In this document: positions 46,501 to 54,157 of the stretch, piece by piece
Layout of the letters: each line of letters begins with the position of its first letter
How positions within the stretch are numbered: the stretch's first letter is position 1
From: Cyanobacteria bacterium P01_G01_bin.38
GTDB lineage: Bacteria > Cyanobacteriota > Cyanobacteriia > Phormidesmidales > Phormidesmidaceae
Length of the DNA: 57,044 bases
Assembly (NCBI GenBank): GCA_039180385.1
Contig: JBCDDJ010000001.1
Location: 1-57,044 of the forward strand
Reading direction: 5' to 3'
Notes under the pieces: generated by a model
The model's input: only the letters and a program-made list of their open reading frames with translations
Databases searched by the model: none
Told to the model about the DNA's origin: nothing
Made by a program: the position numbers and the translations under genes

Positions 46501-49370
46501 GTTATGGCCTCCCCTACTACTTGTTCGCTTTGCTTTGGAACTTGACGCAACAATACTTCCAATGCTTGCTTGCGCTTTTGCTCGGATTTTTTACGTTCTT
46601 GCTCAAATTGCATCTGCTCTTGCAGCAGTTGGCTCTCTCGTTGTTTTACTTCTAATAACAATTCCTCAGCTTGTTTCTTAGCATTTTTAACTTCTTGTTC
46701 AGTCAGTTGTTGTTCAAGTCTTGCCTCCGTTAACTTTTGACGAAGATCTAGATTTTCTTGATGTCGAATAAGAGGAACCAAATAATCATGAACTAACTGA
46801 TATCGATCAGCGGAAGCTTCTAGTAAGCGCAGCACTATTCCCGAACCAACTAAAATCATTAGAATCAAACGCAATGTCTCCAGATTAAAAATCACACCAA
46901 GCGCTTCTAAATCCTGTGCGAGCTCAGTATGAGTTTTAATAGGGCGAGTATTGTTTTCATCAGTTAATAAATATAAAACTAACCTTGCTACCTGCTCATT
47001 CACATCGCCGCAATCTTTAACAACTTCTTCTAGGAATCTGTTGACAATCTGGTCTTTAGAACCTTTGTCAAGGTATGTTTGTAGAGTACTGATCTTCTCG
47101 ACTTGAAGCTGGGTCCCTAAAACCTGCAACTCAATTGGGAGAACTTGACCATATTCTCCTGCTAAGTCTTTCACAACCCTATTGACCAATTTAGGTTCCA
47201 TACTAAGCTGGGTATCTTCAGTTAATGCTTGAATAACTGATTTAGCATCTTCAGTAGTAAGATTTTCGAGAAAAAATAGAATATCTTTGTGTAAAATGTT
47301 GTTTATTTTCTTTAAATTAACGAGACGGTCATTACATTCTAAAATGCGGTGCAAATAGTCTTCTCGTATCGCCAAAAAAACCTTTACATAATCTATCTCT
47401 AGACAGGCATCTAGAAACTCATAAAACTGCTTTCTTTGATCAGGATCTTGGCAGGCAAAGAAAAACTCTTCAAATTGATCAAGCACCAAAATCGTCACTA
47501 AATTTCGATTCAGAGTATTTTCTTGGAGTTGTCTCAAAATATCTAATGTCGAAATTAGAGGACGATCAGGAACTGATACATTTGGCACCTTTTGGATAGA
47601 TTTCACTAAATGTTGCCCTAAATCCTCGATCCAGTTAGTATAAATTTGAAGAGTAATGATAGTCAGATTACGTGTATCAAGTGAGGAAGAAGACAAAACT
47701 GGGACTAATCCTGCCTGTATTATTGAGCTTTTCCCAACCCCCGAAGGACCGTAAAGGATAGTGAGCCGACAGTCAGTCCTATCCATAATGCGTCTAATTA
47801 AATCTTGAACTTTTTGTTGTCGTCCAGAAGCGATTATTTCTTTGGCAATGCGTTCATCCTTTTTTGCAACAGCTGAGATAGGATCAAAAACAGTTTTTGA
47901 GGGGCGCAATCGGCCAGCACCAATAAATGCTAAGAAACCATATTGTTGCTTAATAGCTTGTGAAAATTCTTTGATATTAAAAGCTTTGAGATATTCTTTC
48001 TGAGCAAAGTATACCTGGCGTAATACATCTAGAATTCGGATATAAAGAAGTGGATCATATTGAGGGTTGGAACTTGTTTTAGCCTTATTTAAGTTATCAA
48101 TTGCCTCGGAGGTTTGATTGAGATGATACTGTGCTTCTGCTAGTAATAATAAATAAAAACTCTCATAGTGCTGTCTTTCCCACTCCAAGTCAACATTGGG
48201 TTTTGAAGGCATTGAATTTGTTGCTAACGCAAGTTCAGCATAATGTTTTGCTGTTTTCCAATTCGAACTTCGTATTGCCACCTCAGCCATTAAGCCATAA
48301 CCATAAGCAAGTCGAACAGGTTCATGATGTTTCTGATGTAAATCAATAGCTGTTTGAGCAATCTCCTGTAATTCGTCAACTGTCTGTTCATTCAATTGAA
48401 CTAATACTTCCCCCCAAGCATTGACGAACTTTGCTGCTAACTCATCGTATTGAGCCTGTTGTAGTTCTCTTACACATTGATGGAAATAGTTTTTTGCCTT
48501 GCGACATGCTATCTGGTAATCTGCTCGATGCGGAGAAACATACTGACGCCACCACAAGCCTAGATAAAATGCAACGCAACTTAAACGTTGGATAGCAGCA
48601 GTAGATTTCTCATCCTTTACGCTTTCATTCCAGATCTTTAAGCTATTTTCATAAAACTGACGAGCGTTAGCTCTTTCGCCAAAAATATCTCTCACTTGCC
48701 CTTGAAGGAAAAATAAACTCGCCTCTAGATCACGACTCAAAGGAGCATTACTGCTTAGGAAATCTGAAGCTGCAAAATCCAGTTCCTTTGCATGACGAAA
48801 ATCAAGAGGTTGATTGAGAGTGACTGTTTTTAGAAATCTACTATCGCCTAAGCTCAAAATCGCGTTGAACACTTTATCTATTGAGCGCTTTAGGCAAGCA
48901 TCTAATTCATCTATCGAGATACTAAATTCTATGGGAATCGCAGCCCAGCTCTTGAAATCAGGAGCTATTTTGGACATTTTCTTTAAAAGAGAATCATTTA
49001 CCCATAAAATCAACGGAAAATCAAGCTCTCGGCGAAATTCCTCGCGAATTTGGTTTGTCGAAATTAGTAATTTGTCGATATCAGTTACCGACTCTAAACC
49101 AAATATCATTAAGGCTTGAGGATGCTGTTCACTCAACTCCTTCTGAATTTCTGTATAAAGTGATCCTGACGATTCCTGCAAATGCAGTTCATAGATTTGA
49201 ATAGAACATAGTTCCTTCAATTTTTCCACCATTTGCTCTCTCAGGTGAGCATAATTACATTTCACTAAATTTAGAGAGAATTCTCCCCGAGAAAGCTCAA
49301 TTGCACGTGCTAAAGTCTTGAGCGATTCCTCATTTGCCAACACTGTTGGATTTTGACTAGAGTTACTCAT
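43572..49370 (-). CDS. 1932-aa fusion: N-terminal conserved module + TPR-like repeats + STAND-type P-loop NTPase + coiled coil + complete PEP-carboxylase-like domain
   Basis: Walker A LYGPSGVGKSS (aa 539-549, nt 47724-47750). Walker B ILVLDQFEEFF (aa 627-637). Coiled coil at aa about 880-945. PEPC signatures: VFTSHPTE (aa 1113-1120, nt 46011-46028), SWVGADQDGNP, LDIKQNCS, VPSFETLEDL, SYSETNKDIG, EKGGSIGRGGG (nt 44505-44531), KITEQGE, IPWMFSWNQSR, C-terminal AAGLQETG. Uninterrupted ORF in DNA of roughly 30-38% GC. Confidence 0.85.
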   Translation of the reverse strand: MSNSSQNPTVLANEESLKTLARAIELSRGEFSLNLVKCNYAHLREQMVEKLKELCSIQIYELHLQESSGSLYTEIQKELSEQHPQALMIFGLESVTDIDKLLISTNQIREEFRRELDFPLILWVNDSLLKKMSKIAPDFKSWAAIPIEFSISIDELDACLKRSIDKVFNAILSLGDSRFLKTVTLNQPLDFRHAKELDFAASDFLSSNAPLSRDLEASLFFLQGQVRDIFGERANARQFYENSLKIWNESVKDEKSTAAIQRLSCVAFYLGLWWRQYVSPHRADYQIACRKAKNYFHQCVRELQQAQYDELAAKFVNAWGEVLVQLNEQTVDELQEIAQTAIDLHQKHHEPVRLAYGYGLMAEVAIRSSNWKTAKHYAELALATNSMPSKPNVDLEWERQHYESFYLLLLAEAQYHLNQTSEAIDNLNKAKTSSNPQYDPLLYIRILDVLRQVYFAQKEYLKAFNIKEFSQAIKQQYGFLAFIGAGRLRPSKTVFDPISAVAKKDERIAKEIIASGRQQKVQDLIRRIMDRTDCRLTILYGPSGVGKSSIIQAGLVPVLSSSSLDTRNLTIITLQIYTNWIEDLGQHLVKSIQKVPNVSVPDRPLISTLDILRQLQENTLNRNLVTILVLDQFEEFFFACQDPDQRKQFYEFLDACLEIDYVKVFLAIREDYLHRILECNDRLVNLKKINNILHKDILFFLENLTTEDAKSVIQALTEDTQLSMEPKLVNRVVKDLAGEYGQVLPIELQVLGTQLQVEKISTLQTYLDKGSKDQIVNRFLEEVVKDCGDVNEQVARLVLYLLTDENNTRPIKTHTELAQDLEALGVIFNLETLRLILMILVGSGIVLRLLEASADRYQLVHDYLVPLIRHQENLDLRQKLTEARLEQQLTEQEVKNAKKQAEELLLEVKQRESQLLQEQMQFEQERKKSEQKRKQALEVLLRQVPKQSEQVVGEAITEEALQSLSTEPFFLNHPLKFIEDSVNSVVALECGSEILNSMVRLRSIYSQKNKELEESTLDVLKVVEELSLEEMIRLIRALILYFHIVNIVEQCFEKRIRQQYKTSLKENTFRSGTINEGNEISAQFQVLFPKLRGLNVPPQKVQRVLDRLDVQLVFTSHPTEIFRYTIRDKQRKTVEILRKIDRAEEKLMNKSSLSSTEVKNLREHFINELTLWWRTDELHQFKPHVLDEVDFTLHYFQDVLFDVIPSLYQRFHQALKDNYRNMRLPKRNFCRLGSWVGADQDGNPSVSPEITWKAACHQRNLVLRKYIDSVRKLTGLLSPSLHWSEVFSAILESLEEDRLVLPDVYEQYSIRYRQEPYRLKLVFIEHRLINTYERSQKLHEIIYTQAENLVETSPQFYSSAEEFLAELYLIQQSLEGTGLVCQQLNDLICQVEVFGFSFAHLDIKQNCSVHTNAVDEIIGYLKLSPRRYNELTEEERVLWLVTELKSLRPLGALMLPLSKKTNERLQTFRMIAALQKEFGLGICQKYIISQCNRASHVLEALLLAKEASLYNPATEHSAIQVVPSFETLEDLNLATKVMSTLFDLPLYQTFLEKEGKDPYQEEPIFIQELLVSYSETNKDIGFLSSNWEIHKAQYSLQKMAEKHGIFLRILYEKGGSIGRGGGLIHETILAQPGKVIDGRIKITEQGEDLAAKYLLPEVALSNLEGVASAVLQLSLLPSGYDEIQPWNEIMTELSARASSAYRDLVYEQPGFVDFFYRVTPFDEISQLQISSRPKFGKSRSGKTAELGTIPWMFSWNQSRFSLQSWYGVGTALQGFLEKAPDEHIKLLRSFYHKWPFFHMVVSKCEMALAKVNLRIAHHYLQQLSQPEDQKRFEAIFEQIVSEYNLTRDLILLITSHEQLLDDNPDLQRSLQFREETIAPLGFLQVELVKRFREHRDVAVSLGRRESRYSRGELLRGTLFSIDAIAAGLQETG

Positions 49371-50667
49371 CTTTAAACCCTTCGCTTTCTACTAAGGCAG
49401 GATTTATATCAAACCATCTATCATCTCTTTTGTCTCTGTATTCAAACACAAAAAGGCTGCGGAGAAGTGCTTGATACTCGGGCTCCTCACTTATCATCTT
49501 TTCTTGAGAAATGTGACGAAGCAATTGCCATTGCTCATCACTGACAGATAGTTCCAAATCTCCTCGATAACGTTTAATCACAGCTTCTAGACAATTACGA
49601 GAAATAGGAGGGTCTATTTGCTGTAAACAACTGTAAAGCAATACCAATAAATTTCGAACATGACCTCCACTAATACAGCAAAGACGCTTCAATGTCTCTA
49701 AACTATCAAATACCTCAGTTGCTTGCTCTATTCGTTGAAGCGAATTTAGGCCAGGGAATGCCCTTGCCAATACCATCTGCTGTAACAGTGCAATTCCTTC
49801 CTTATTTTCATCACCCTTTCTGGATTTGACTGGCACCATTGGGAGAAGTAAAGGTTGAATCCCGAAACGATTGGTCAACTGTCCAAAGTTATTCGAGAAA
49901 ATCAGACTAAGTGGAACCGTATAAACCAAATGACATTTCAGTTGTTGTAGTTGATCTCCTCGATCTATAAACAGATATTCTGTTTGGGAACGACCTGAAG
50001 CCGTAGGCCTATTATCAATTCGGTCAAGATTGTCAATAATGACAACCAGCCCTTTCTTACCTTGTTGTTTTAATCTCTTTTGAGTAGGCTCTAACAACTC
50101 TCGATTCATTGCATCTAAAAGATTGTTTGTTCGCGGCTCCAGATATTGCCTGAGACTCTTACGCAACTCAGGACTATCCTTAGTCTTAGCCGTGATTTTA
50201 CCAATAATCACTGACAACTCTGCTTCAAACCCTAAATCCAGTGAAGGGATTTTTTTAGCAAGTTCGGCAAATAGGTCAGCAAAACCTCCCAAATAGGGAT
50301 GCAGTTGAGCTTCTTCTAAGCTTTTTGTCACATGTAAAGCAATAGCTAAAAGTATATCACTGATATCTACATCACCAATATCTAGAGCTTTATTCGACTC
50401 AAAATAAACGACATAGAAGTCTTTCTGTTCCAAATCAGTCTTTAGTCGTAGTAGCTCTGTCGATTTTCCACTTCCGATATGCCCAGTAAAAAGCTGGCAG
50501 TTTGGTTCGTCCTCTGACAAAGTAATAGTTCTTTCCAGTTGATGGATGATATTACTATCTCGAACTGGAGAGAAATCAATGTAGTACTGTCGATCTTCTG
50601 GTCTTCCAACCATCAATGTTTTGCTAGGATTGCAAGCTTTGAAAAATTTTGAAACATTTAGAGACAT
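49363..50667 (-). CDS. P-loop NTPase (434 aa) translationally coupled to the STAND-PEPC gene
   Basis: Walker A TGHIGSGKST (aa 61-70), Walker B LVVIIDNLD (aa about 206-214), with an insert of about 140 aa between them (KAP-like spacing but no TM helices). The stop overlaps the downstream start in ATGAGTAA (8-nt overlap). Confidence 0.75.
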   Translation of the reverse strand: MSLNVSKFFKACNPSKTLMVGRPEDRQYYIDFSPVRDSNIIHQLERTITLSEDEPNCQLFTGHIGSGKSTELLRLKTDLEQKDFYVVYFESNKALDIGDVDISDILLAIALHVTKSLEEAQLHPYLGGFADLFAELAKKIPSLDLGFEAELSVIIGKITAKTKDSPELRKSLRQYLEPRTNNLLDAMNRELLEPTQKRLKQQGKKGLVVIIDNLDRIDNRPTASGRSQTEYLFIDRGDQLQQLKCHLVYTVPLSLIFSNNFGQLTNRFGIQPLLLPMVPVKSRKGDENKEGIALLQQMVLARAFPGLNSLQRIEQATEVFDSLETLKRLCCISGGHVRNLLVLLYSCLQQIDPPISRNCLEAVIKRYRGDLELSVSDEQWQLLRHISQEKMISEEPEYQALLRSLFVFEYRDKRDDRWFDINPALVESEGFKDE

Positions 50668-51081
50668 ACTTGTTCATTAAATCCTTAGTTTACAACAGTT
50701 TATCTCTAAAGGTCTAATTGGCTGCTCTGAATTTAAGAACGGCTATCCTGATCGTAATTGAAAGCAAATACTACAGCTTTAGTACACGATTATTGCTCAA
50801 GTAAACTCAGTTTATATAGTGAATGTACGAATCCTTCCGGTATTTGTTCTGATTGACATAGTTAATGATTAACTATTTAGAGAGCTAGTCTATTCTGCCT
50901 CGCACCATACTCTTTTAGATAAGTTTAAATTCAGTACGGCAAATCAATATAATTTTGGCATCAAGTGGCTTAAAATCCAGAAACCCTAGTTAGGATACAG
51001 TGTAATAGTCTATTTCTAGGTTCCTCCATAACCTAGCTATTTGATGTGTGCTACAGACAAATATTAAACCTCTAGCAGAAA

Positions 51082-53937
51082 TTATCCACTGGTGGAATTG
51101 AGCCTTAAATCAGATAGCACTACTTCATGAGATACCCACCAACTTGGTCCTCTGATTGTTGCCATCTCACCAACAATTTCTTCGATTTTCACCCGATTTA
51201 ATCCTTTTAACTGCCTCAACCCTTTCCCCACATATTGACAAATATCCCCTACCTTCAACCGCCGCTCACCCATCCCCACGTCTACCACCTCAGTCTCTGG
51301 ATTCTCCCCCTCAGTAGACACTCTATCTATCTGTAGACCTTCAGTAGACGCCCCATCTACTGTCCGTATCCTATCCATATTAGCCCCTTCAGCCATTTCG
51401 GTAGACAAGTAGACACCCTGCCTCATTTCCACCGCAACCACCCCGTCTACCACCCCATCCTGAGCCTTCTCAACCCCGTCTACCCGTCTACCATTTCCTT
51501 GAAACCCAAATTTATCAAGCTTTTCAGCAGTAGACACCCCATCTACCCCTCCCTCCTCATCGTCTACCCCGTCTACCGTCGCCCGCCACTGCAACCGATT
51601 CCCCATCCCCCTGGTCTCCCCATACCCCATTGCCTCCAACTCCCGAAAATGAGACCGAATCACATCCGAACTCGCCTTCCGTAAACTCCGCTCATAATTC
51701 CGCACATCCTTCGCCCGTAGCCAACCCCGTACCCGCGACAGCCGAATCAACTTTGTGTAGACCGGCTCCAACGCCCCGTCTACCGTATCCCCCTCCGCAT
51801 ACAATAATTTCACCTGACCAATAAACCACCGCGCCAGCTTGATTGCCGCCGTCATCGTCTGGGCCGACACCGCCTCCGCCGGTAGACAGCCCGCCACTGA
51901 CGCATTCAGACAATGCAAGATCAACGCCAGCCGTCCCGTGTACCCCTGCATCTTTGAATAAACTGCCTGCAAACCCTGATGCGTCTCCGTCACCCGCCGC
52001 TGATCCAACTGGTCATACCAATCTGCAAACAGCGTCTTCGCCTCGGGGGTGAGCCCATAACACCGGGGCGTTAACCCCACCAACTGTCGGTAGACACCAT
52101 ACAGTCGCTCCGAAATGTCATACCGCACCGTATTGCGCGGAAACGGCGCAGGCTTTAGCGGCAGTAGACACCACAGAAACCGTGCCCACTGACCACTGGC
52201 ATCGGAGAAATCGCCCATCATCTCCCGCAAGATATCCGGCTGGATAGTCCCCGTAATGCTGAGGCTGGTGCGCGGAATGCTAATGCGAACACCGCTGGCC
52301 CGATCCACCTTCAAGCCCGACCCATCAAAGGCCGTCAGCAGCGACTCCTTATCGTTACCCCGCCCATTTCGATACTGGTTCTGCCCCTTAAAGAGCCCTG
52401 CCAGCTCATCCGGCGTCACTAAAATCCCCCGCGTCGGCTGCTGCGACTGAATTCTTGCCAGCGCCTCTCGGGTCGCATCCGAGGTGTGATACTCCCGTGG
52501 GGTAGGTTTCCGGGGGCGATCGCATCTATCCTCCTTCTTGGTCAGCTCCCATTCCCGCAGCTCCACCTCATATTCTGAGACCGCCCAGTCATAGTCCTGA
52601 TCCGCCTCTTCCTGCAATCGCGATAAGGGCTTCAGAATCTGCCGCTGGATGGGACTTTTCTTACTGCCCGAGGGAGCCACCAACCCTGTAAACAGAATCG
52701 GCGGCACATAGAAGCCCATCCCCGCATCAATTTCCAGCTCCGTCCCCATCTGGAGCAGCGAGGCCGCCACCGGCAGCAGGGTCACCAGCATGGCCGCTGG
52801 GGTGGCCCCAATCCAGTTGGCAATGCGAGTCAGCGGTTCCGCCAGGTCGGGGTGGAGATAGTCGCTGAGTTGCAACTCGTAATCGCCAATCTTCAGGAGT
52901 TGACTGATTTCAGCGATGCGATCATCTCTTTCTTCTGTCTGCTCCAGCTCCGCCTGGATCGGCTTAATCAAACTCCAGAGATCCCTGGCCGAGAGCCCCA
53001 CCTCCCGATGCCACTGCACCACCTGCCCCGACAGCTCCAGTTCAGAGGGGGCCTGGGCCAGATAGTCTCGAATCTGGGCCTGGAGCGCTGGCACATTCAG
53101 GGATTGGCCTGCTCCTGGCGGGTCAGGGGCGAGTTCTCGCCGTGCCCCCACCGCTGCCCGAATTTGCTCCGCCGTTGCCCCATCCGCAATCCAATCGGCA
53201 ATGTCCAGCCCACCATGCTTGGGTAAATTCTGCCAGCGCCAGCTATCCGGGTAGACATAGCACCACTGTGCCTGGGGAAAGTCCTCATAGACCTCCGCCA
53301 TGTGGGCCAGCCCCACCTGATCCTGATCGGGGCACAGCACCAGGCGAGCATCTTTCAGATCCGCGTTATAGTTCCCATAGCTGCGATATTTTTTGGACCC
53401 TCCCAGTGTGGTCGTCGCCGGAATCCCCAGCTGCCAGAGCGCATCGGCGCAGCCTTCCCCTTCCACCATCCAGATCGGTTGTCCCGCCGCGATCGCACCC
53501 TGCACCTCCCGATAGCGATAGATCGGCACCTGCTGCTTAACCTCTGGGGTGAGCCCTTTGACCCACCGTTGCCCGTCCCAGCGCTGTTGCACAAAATACT
53601 TGGAGCCATTGCCCTGATCTACTCGGGTCAACTTCACCAGCGGTTGACCGTCCCGGCTGGGGTAAAAATAATCCTGTTTGCGGCGGGGCCGTACCGGCTT
53701 GGCGGGCTCGGCAGTCGCTGCGAAGTATTGTCCCCACAGGCCATCAGCGGTTACGCCCCGGTAGACATAGCCCGCTACCTGCGCGTCCTGATCAATGTGG
53801 GTGTGGCAGAAGACCACCTCCTTATTCCAGCGGCAGTCTTGATCTTTGGTGCGATCGCAAATCGGGCAGGGGTGCGATCGGCCTGAATATTGGTACTGTG
53901 CCATGGTCAGCTCCTGATGGGTTAGGAGCTGGGCCAT
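51082..53937 (-). CDS. Zn-finger / Toprim primase fused to a helicase-like (DUF3987/P4-alpha-like) domain; replication protein of the element
   Basis: CPICDRTKDQDCRW...FCHTH zinc ribbon. Toprim IWMVEGEGCADAL and LCPDQDQVG. P-loop-like GLVAPSGSKKSP. The C-terminal tail has VDG repeats. Confidence 0.6.
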   Translation of the reverse strand: MAQLLTHQELTMAQYQYSGRSHPCPICDRTKDQDCRWNKEVVFCHTHIDQDAQVAGYVYRGVTADGLWGQYFAATAEPAKPVRPRRKQDYFYPSRDGQPLVKLTRVDQGNGSKYFVQQRWDGQRWVKGLTPEVKQQVPIYRYREVQGAIAAGQPIWMVEGEGCADALWQLGIPATTTLGGSKKYRSYGNYNADLKDARLVLCPDQDQVGLAHMAEVYEDFPQAQWCYVYPDSWRWQNLPKHGGLDIADWIADGATAEQIRAAVGARRELAPDPPGAGQSLNVPALQAQIRDYLAQAPSELELSGQVVQWHREVGLSARDLWSLIKPIQAELEQTEERDDRIAEISQLLKIGDYELQLSDYLHPDLAEPLTRIANWIGATPAAMLVTLLPVAASLLQMGTELEIDAGMGFYVPPILFTGLVAPSGSKKSPIQRQILKPLSRLQEEADQDYDWAVSEYEVELREWELTKKEDRCDRPRKPTPREYHTSDATREALARIQSQQPTRGILVTPDELAGLFKGQNQYRNGRGNDKESLLTAFDGSGLKVDRASGVRISIPRTSLSITGTIQPDILREMMGDFSDASGQWARFLWCLLPLKPAPFPRNTVRYDISERLYGVYRQLVGLTPRCYGLTPEAKTLFADWYDQLDQRRVTETHQGLQAVYSKMQGYTGRLALILHCLNASVAGCLPAEAVSAQTMTAAIKLARWFIGQVKLLYAEGDTVDGALEPVYTKLIRLSRVRGWLRAKDVRNYERSLRKASSDVIRSHFRELEAMGYGETRGMGNRLQWRATVDGVDDEEGGVDGVSTAEKLDKFGFQGNGRRVDGVEKAQDGVVDGVVAVEMRQGVYLSTEMAEGANMDRIRTVDGASTEGLQIDRVSTEGENPETEVVDVGMGERRLKVGDICQYVGKGLRQLKGLNRVKIEEIVGEMATIRGPSWWVSHEVVLSDLRLNSTSG
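51280..51576. repeat. cluster of 14 GTCTAC/GTAGAC (2 as ATCTAC) hexamers, iteron-like
   Basis: Copies start at 51280, 51314, 51333, 51344, 51355, 51401, 51409, 51445, 51478, 51486, 51530, 51541, 51562 and 51571. Eight are in one orientation (consensus CCCC[G/A]TCTACC) and six in the other. Two more lie at 51757 and 51778. Confidence 0.7.
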
Positions 53938-53944
53938 CCATCTG

Positions 53945-54045
53945 AACCTGCTACCGGGCTCAATTTATGTTGATGAGAGTCCTATCTTTGTGGACATTTT
54001 GAACCAGTTTGCTATAGTTAAAGAACATAAATTGAGTAGCAGGTT
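53945..54045. repeat. long imperfect inverted repeat upstream of the primase-helicase gene
   Basis: AACCTGCTACCGGGCTCAATTTATGTT (53945-53971) versus AACATAAATTGAGTAGCAGGTT (54024-54045). The arms are complementary over 22 nt apart from a 5-nt bulge. The spacer is 52 nt. Confidence 0.7.
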
Positions 54046-54124
54046 AATGGCCTGGTCGGTTCTGCTAAAACCAACCAGGCAAATAGATTAACCCAGTCCA
54101 GAAAATCAAAAAAATTAAGATCAG

Positions 54125-54157
54125 ACACCCTACCTGGTAAGCAGTTGGGTGTTTTTT
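54125..54157. terminator. hairpin plus T-run (terminator-like) between the xis-like and primase genes
   Basis: ACACCC (54125-54130) pairs with GGGTGT (54147-54152) and is followed by TTTTTT on the plus strand. It could also act on the minus strand after the xis-like gene (a T-run lies 8 nt further on). Confidence 0.35.

Noticed and set aside
51499-53886. Multiple plus-strand ORFs (for example 53302-53886 at 194 aa, 53142-53540, 52852-53226) antisense to the primase-helicase gene.
   Set aside because: They are Pro/Arg/Ala-rich shadow frames inside a gene with zinc-ribbon and Toprim motifs.
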